From a virus (lineage: Duplodnaviria > Caudoviricetes): DNA of 26,403 nucleotides. Numbering within the stretch: the first letter of the stretch is position 1; every line of letters starts with the position of its first letter. The notes below the pieces were generated by a model. That model made no database searches. It was not told the origin of the DNA and saw only the letters and a list, made by a program, of their open reading frames with translations. A program made the position numbers and the translations under genes. The stretch covers positions 1-26,403 of the IMG/VR virus record IMGVR_UViG_3300005805_000404. One strand, given 5' to 3'. Shown piece by piece: positions 23,750 to 26,403 of this stretch.

Positions 23750-25610
23750 GTGGATTCTTTAACGCTAAGTTTAAGAAACTTTTCTTCTGTTCTTCAGTAG
23801 TATAATCTTCACCTATTAATTGCTTCCTTTTTACATCCATTATATTTTCAAATCTTTCTTGTGGAGATTTTTTAAATATAGGATTTATATTAGTTAATTT
23901 ATTTTCTGCCAATACTTGTTCTAAAGTTCTAGTAGGATTATAATATATATTTCTCCAAGCATACCATGAAGCAGATTGAACTTCACTTGGTAACATACCT
24001 AAATCATCTGCAGCTTTCTGATAAGCTTTCATAAATAATTGATAAACTTTTTCATTTTGTAACATAGGTAAACTAAAACCATTACCTTTTTTAACTAAAG
24101 AACCTAATGCTAAATTAGCAGCATGTGTATCTACAGTAACAAAATTAGGATCATTAGGATTCATTTTATTTTTTGCATAGCTACCTATTTTAATTAATCT
24201 ACCTTCTAAATCTAAAGCATTAACATCTAAAGGTTTTTCAAATTGCTGTGCTCTTAATGCTTTTGCATAAGCAGTACCAGTAGATCTTGTTCTTGACCCT
24301 TCTGGAGGTAAACTATATGGATTTTTAACGAATGCTGCTATTGCTTTTGCTTCTGATTCAGGACTTGCACCAGCACTAAATTGACTACCATAATTAGCAA
24401 GTTCTTCAGGAGATAATATATCTGAATTATCATTAATAAATTTATTATACTTTACATAAAATTGTGAATCATTTTTTATATCAGATAATTTAACAGCATT
24501 CTTAATATTCTCTGCCATAGTATTAATAACTTCTTCTTGATTTAATTTTAATATATTTTGATTTCCTCCACCTTTAATATAATCATATCCTTTTATAGGA
24601 ACAAATCCTAAACTCTTAAATTCTTCTGGATAATCTTTTAATGATTTATATATTAAAGATTCTACATCTTTACCTTTATCATCTTTTACAGTTTTAATTT
24701 TAGATTGCATTTTCTTATTAGCATCTTGACCAAATTTACTATAATTAACAGTACCTTGTTTTATTTTTTCAGTAGTAATAATTTCTTTTTCATCAGGCAA
24801 TACTAATTCCTTTGCTGCTTTATCTAATTTACTACCAGATACTTTTTTAGATTTACCAGTACTTTTTATACCACCAGCTAAACCACCAGTTAGAAAATCT
24901 ACAGATGTTCCACCTTTTAAAGAAGAAGGAGCTCTTGTGGCAGCCAAAGCTGCTCCACCTATTAATAAAGGTGCTAATGCTATTTTACCTGCTGTATCTA
25001 ATTCTTTATCTGATAAATAATCTCCTGCTGCAACAGAACCTAATCCTAATGCACCAGTTATTCCTACATTTTTTAATACTTGATTTCTTGCTATATCTTT
25101 TTGAGCTTCAGTTACAGGATATAAATCAGTTCTTAATGATCTAAAACCTTCTGCTTGATTTGTTTTTAAACCAGATCTTATAGCACTTAGATCAGTTAAG
25201 AATCTATTTGCTGGATCTAAACCTAATATTCCTTCTGGATTATAACCACCTAAATATTCATTTCTTCTTAGTCTAGACATAACTTCAGGTTTACTAACTA
25301 CATTAATTAACTCATCTATATTAGTTGCTACACCACCACCAGCCTTTACTGGTAGAGTAGGATCATTAGGAATAGAAGACATGAAGGAACCAATTTGTTC
25401 CCCACCCTCAATAAACTTACCTCTTCTAGGATCAAAAGAGAAACCTCCGCTTCTCTTTGATGATAATATTTCAGGAGCATTCTCCCTTATATTACGAAGT
25501 ATTCTTTCTTCACTATAAGGTAATATTTTACCTTTAGCTTGAGCACCAAGTCCAGCTAGTGGATTTTTACCTTGAGATAATACTTTTAATAATGTAGTAA
25601 AAGCACTCAT
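23742..25610 (-). CDS. Multidomain late protein (622 aa), probably virion-ejected, with a C-terminal DUF7178-like helical domain
   Basis: C-terminal 'FS...SPE...KIGSY..N.......VTVDTHA.....G...Y......Y..AA..LG..PSEVQSASW..WR'; two Gly/Ala hydrophobic segments in the middle; separate N-terminal globular domain. Confidence 0.6.
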   Translation of the reverse strand: MSAFTTLLKVLSQGKNPLAGLGAQAKGKILPYSEERILRNIRENAPEILSSKRSGGFSFDPRRGKFIEGGEQIGSFMSSIPNDPTLPVKAGGGVATNIDELINVVSKPEVMSRLRRNEYLGGYNPEGILGLDPANRFLTDLSAIRSGLKTNQAEGFRSLRTDLYPVTEAQKDIARNQVLKNVGITGALGLGSVAAGDYLSDKELDTAGKIALAPLLIGGAALAATRAPSSLKGGTSVDFLTGGLAGGIKSTGKSKKVSGSKLDKAAKELVLPDEKEIITTEKIKQGTVNYSKFGQDANKKMQSKIKTVKDDKGKDVESLIYKSLKDYPEEFKSLGFVPIKGYDYIKGGGNQNILKLNQEEVINTMAENIKNAVKLSDIKNDSQFYVKYNKFINDNSDILSPEELANYGSQFSAGASPESEAKAIAAFVKNPYSLPPEGSRTRSTGTAYAKALRAQQFEKPLDVNALDLEGRLIKIGSYAKNKMNPNDPNFVTVDTHAANLALGSLVKKGNGFSLPMLQNEKVYQLFMKAYQKAADDLGMLPSEVQSASWYAWRNIYYNPTRTLEQVLAENKLTNINPIFKKSPQERFENIMDVKRKQLIGEDYTTEEQKKSFLNLALKNPPK

Positions 25611-25612
25611 GC

Positions 25613-25798
25613 TTATCTCCTAAAGTTCTTTAAACCTTTATTAATACCTTTATCAATGGCTTTTTTGGTTTGGCGATCTTCTTCAGATAGACCTATAGCA
25701 ATGGCTTGTTTCTTATCTTTTACTTTATACTTCTTGCCTTTACCGCTATAGAGTTTGCCTTCTTTAAACTCACCCATAACCTTCTGCATTTTATCCAT
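25613..25798 (-). CDS. DUF6496-like small basic protein (61 aa)
   Basis: KVMGEFKEGKLYSGKG...VKDKKQAIAIGLSE. Confidence 0.8.
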   Translation of the reverse strand: MDKMQKVMGEFKEGKLYSGKGKKYKVKDKKQAIAIGLSEEDRQTKKAIDKGINKGLKNFRR

Positions 25799-25815
25799 AG
25801 TATTACCTTCTCTCT

Positions 25816-26166
25816 CTATTTGTTTTTCTTAGGGCTTTTATTACGATCTTTACCAGCTTGATAAGATTCTAATAAACCCCTACCCTTAGCAGCTAATCTA
25901 GCAGCAGACTGAGCATTCTTAGGTACAGGTTCTCCCCATGCTGCTGCAGCAAGAGCAAGCCTTGTAGGCTTGCCATTAGGCTTCTGCAGTGGTCCAGATG
26001 GATTAGTATAAAACCTAGTAAGGAATGAACCCTTACGCCTCTTCTTCTCTGGAGTATCTGCTGCACCTTTAACTCCAGGCTTTAGGTTAGCACCTTCAGT
26101 TCTTTTGAAGTGTGCTCTACCTGCTGCTGTTAATCCACCCTTAGGATCTTTAATTGGTTGTCTCAT
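25816..26166 (-). CDS. DUF6321-like basic phage protein (116 aa)
   Basis: KDPKGGLTAAGR......GANLKPGV.......RRKGSF..RF.......KPNGKPTRLALA...W. Confidence 0.75.
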   Translation of the reverse strand: MRQPIKDPKGGLTAAGRAHFKRTEGANLKPGVKGAADTPEKKRRKGSFLTRFYTNPSGPLQKPNGKPTRLALAAAAWGEPVPKNAQSAARLAAKGRGLLESYQAGKDRNKSPKKNK

Positions 26167-26402
26167 AATAATTTAGCCGCATCTATTAACTCATCAATAG
26201 ATCCTTCCCATTCATCAGATAAAGCATCAAAGGTTTCTTTTTGTTTATCATCTAATTCATTATAGTATCTTAATAAAGATTTTTTCCATTTATTTAGATA
26301 TTTTTTATATTCTGTTTTTGCTGTAGAATAATATTCAAAATCAGGATGGTGGAGGTAATACTGCACATGATCAGGAGAAAAATATTTTGGATTAATATCA
26401 TC
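26163..26402 (-). CDS. C-terminal part of a gene that starts beyond the window (…DDINPKYFSPDHVQYYLHHPDF…IDAAKLL)
   Basis: The frame stays open upstream of the track's GTG at 26366 to the window edge; its stop overlaps the next ATG. Confidence 0.65.
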   Translation of the reverse strand, partial: DDINPKYFSPDHVQYYLHHPDFEYYSTAKTEYKKYLNKWKKSLLRYYNELDDKQKETFDALSDEWEGSIDELIDAAKLL

Positions 26403-26403
26403 T

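Noticed and set aside
4971-25144. Other short antisense or alternate-frame ORFs in the track (4971, 5928, 6673, 8399, 8913, 9240, 9708, 10894, 12551, 13821, 15256, 20046, 21956, 22362, 22450, 24905)
   Set aside because: They overlap well-supported genes and show no RBS or motifs.
1-26403. Stop-codon reassignment
   Set aside because: Core genes are full length in the standard code, and TAA, TGA and TAG all appear as stops.

Overview
A ~33% GC segment of a tailed dsDNA phage, probably lytic and podovirus-like, with two divergent arms. The minus-strand late arm (12903 to <1) encodes terminase small and large subunits, a P22-type portal, scaffold, major capsid, head-tail adaptor, a tail nozzle-like protein, a tail fibre-like protein and a truncated probable ejection protein. 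The plus-strand early/middle arm (13888-23749) has many small ORFs, an SprT-like protease, a double-HTH regulator, a Cas4/AddB-like exonuclease, a DnaB-like helicase, a PD-(D/E)xQ nuclease, a sigma region-4 protein, an HExxH protein, an Hjc-type resolvase and endonuclease VII. It converges on more minus-strand genes (23742 to the window end). Main observations: (1) a complete type II hammerhead ribozyme at 14064-14114; (2) a ~165-nt multi-stem RNA leader before terS that exposes an anti-Shine-Dalgarno sequence; (3) one ~70-aa beta-rich module inserted into three virion proteins, including the major capsid; (4) a four-copy late promoter, ACCCCA-N8-TAATAGT; (5) a two-copy operator, TGTCCCT-N16-AGGGACA, and a two-copy nested hairpin; (6) a T-loop-containing tRNA-like element; (7) an unannotated 26-aa Lys/Leu amphipathic peptide. 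All family names come from motifs recognised by eye; no searches were run.
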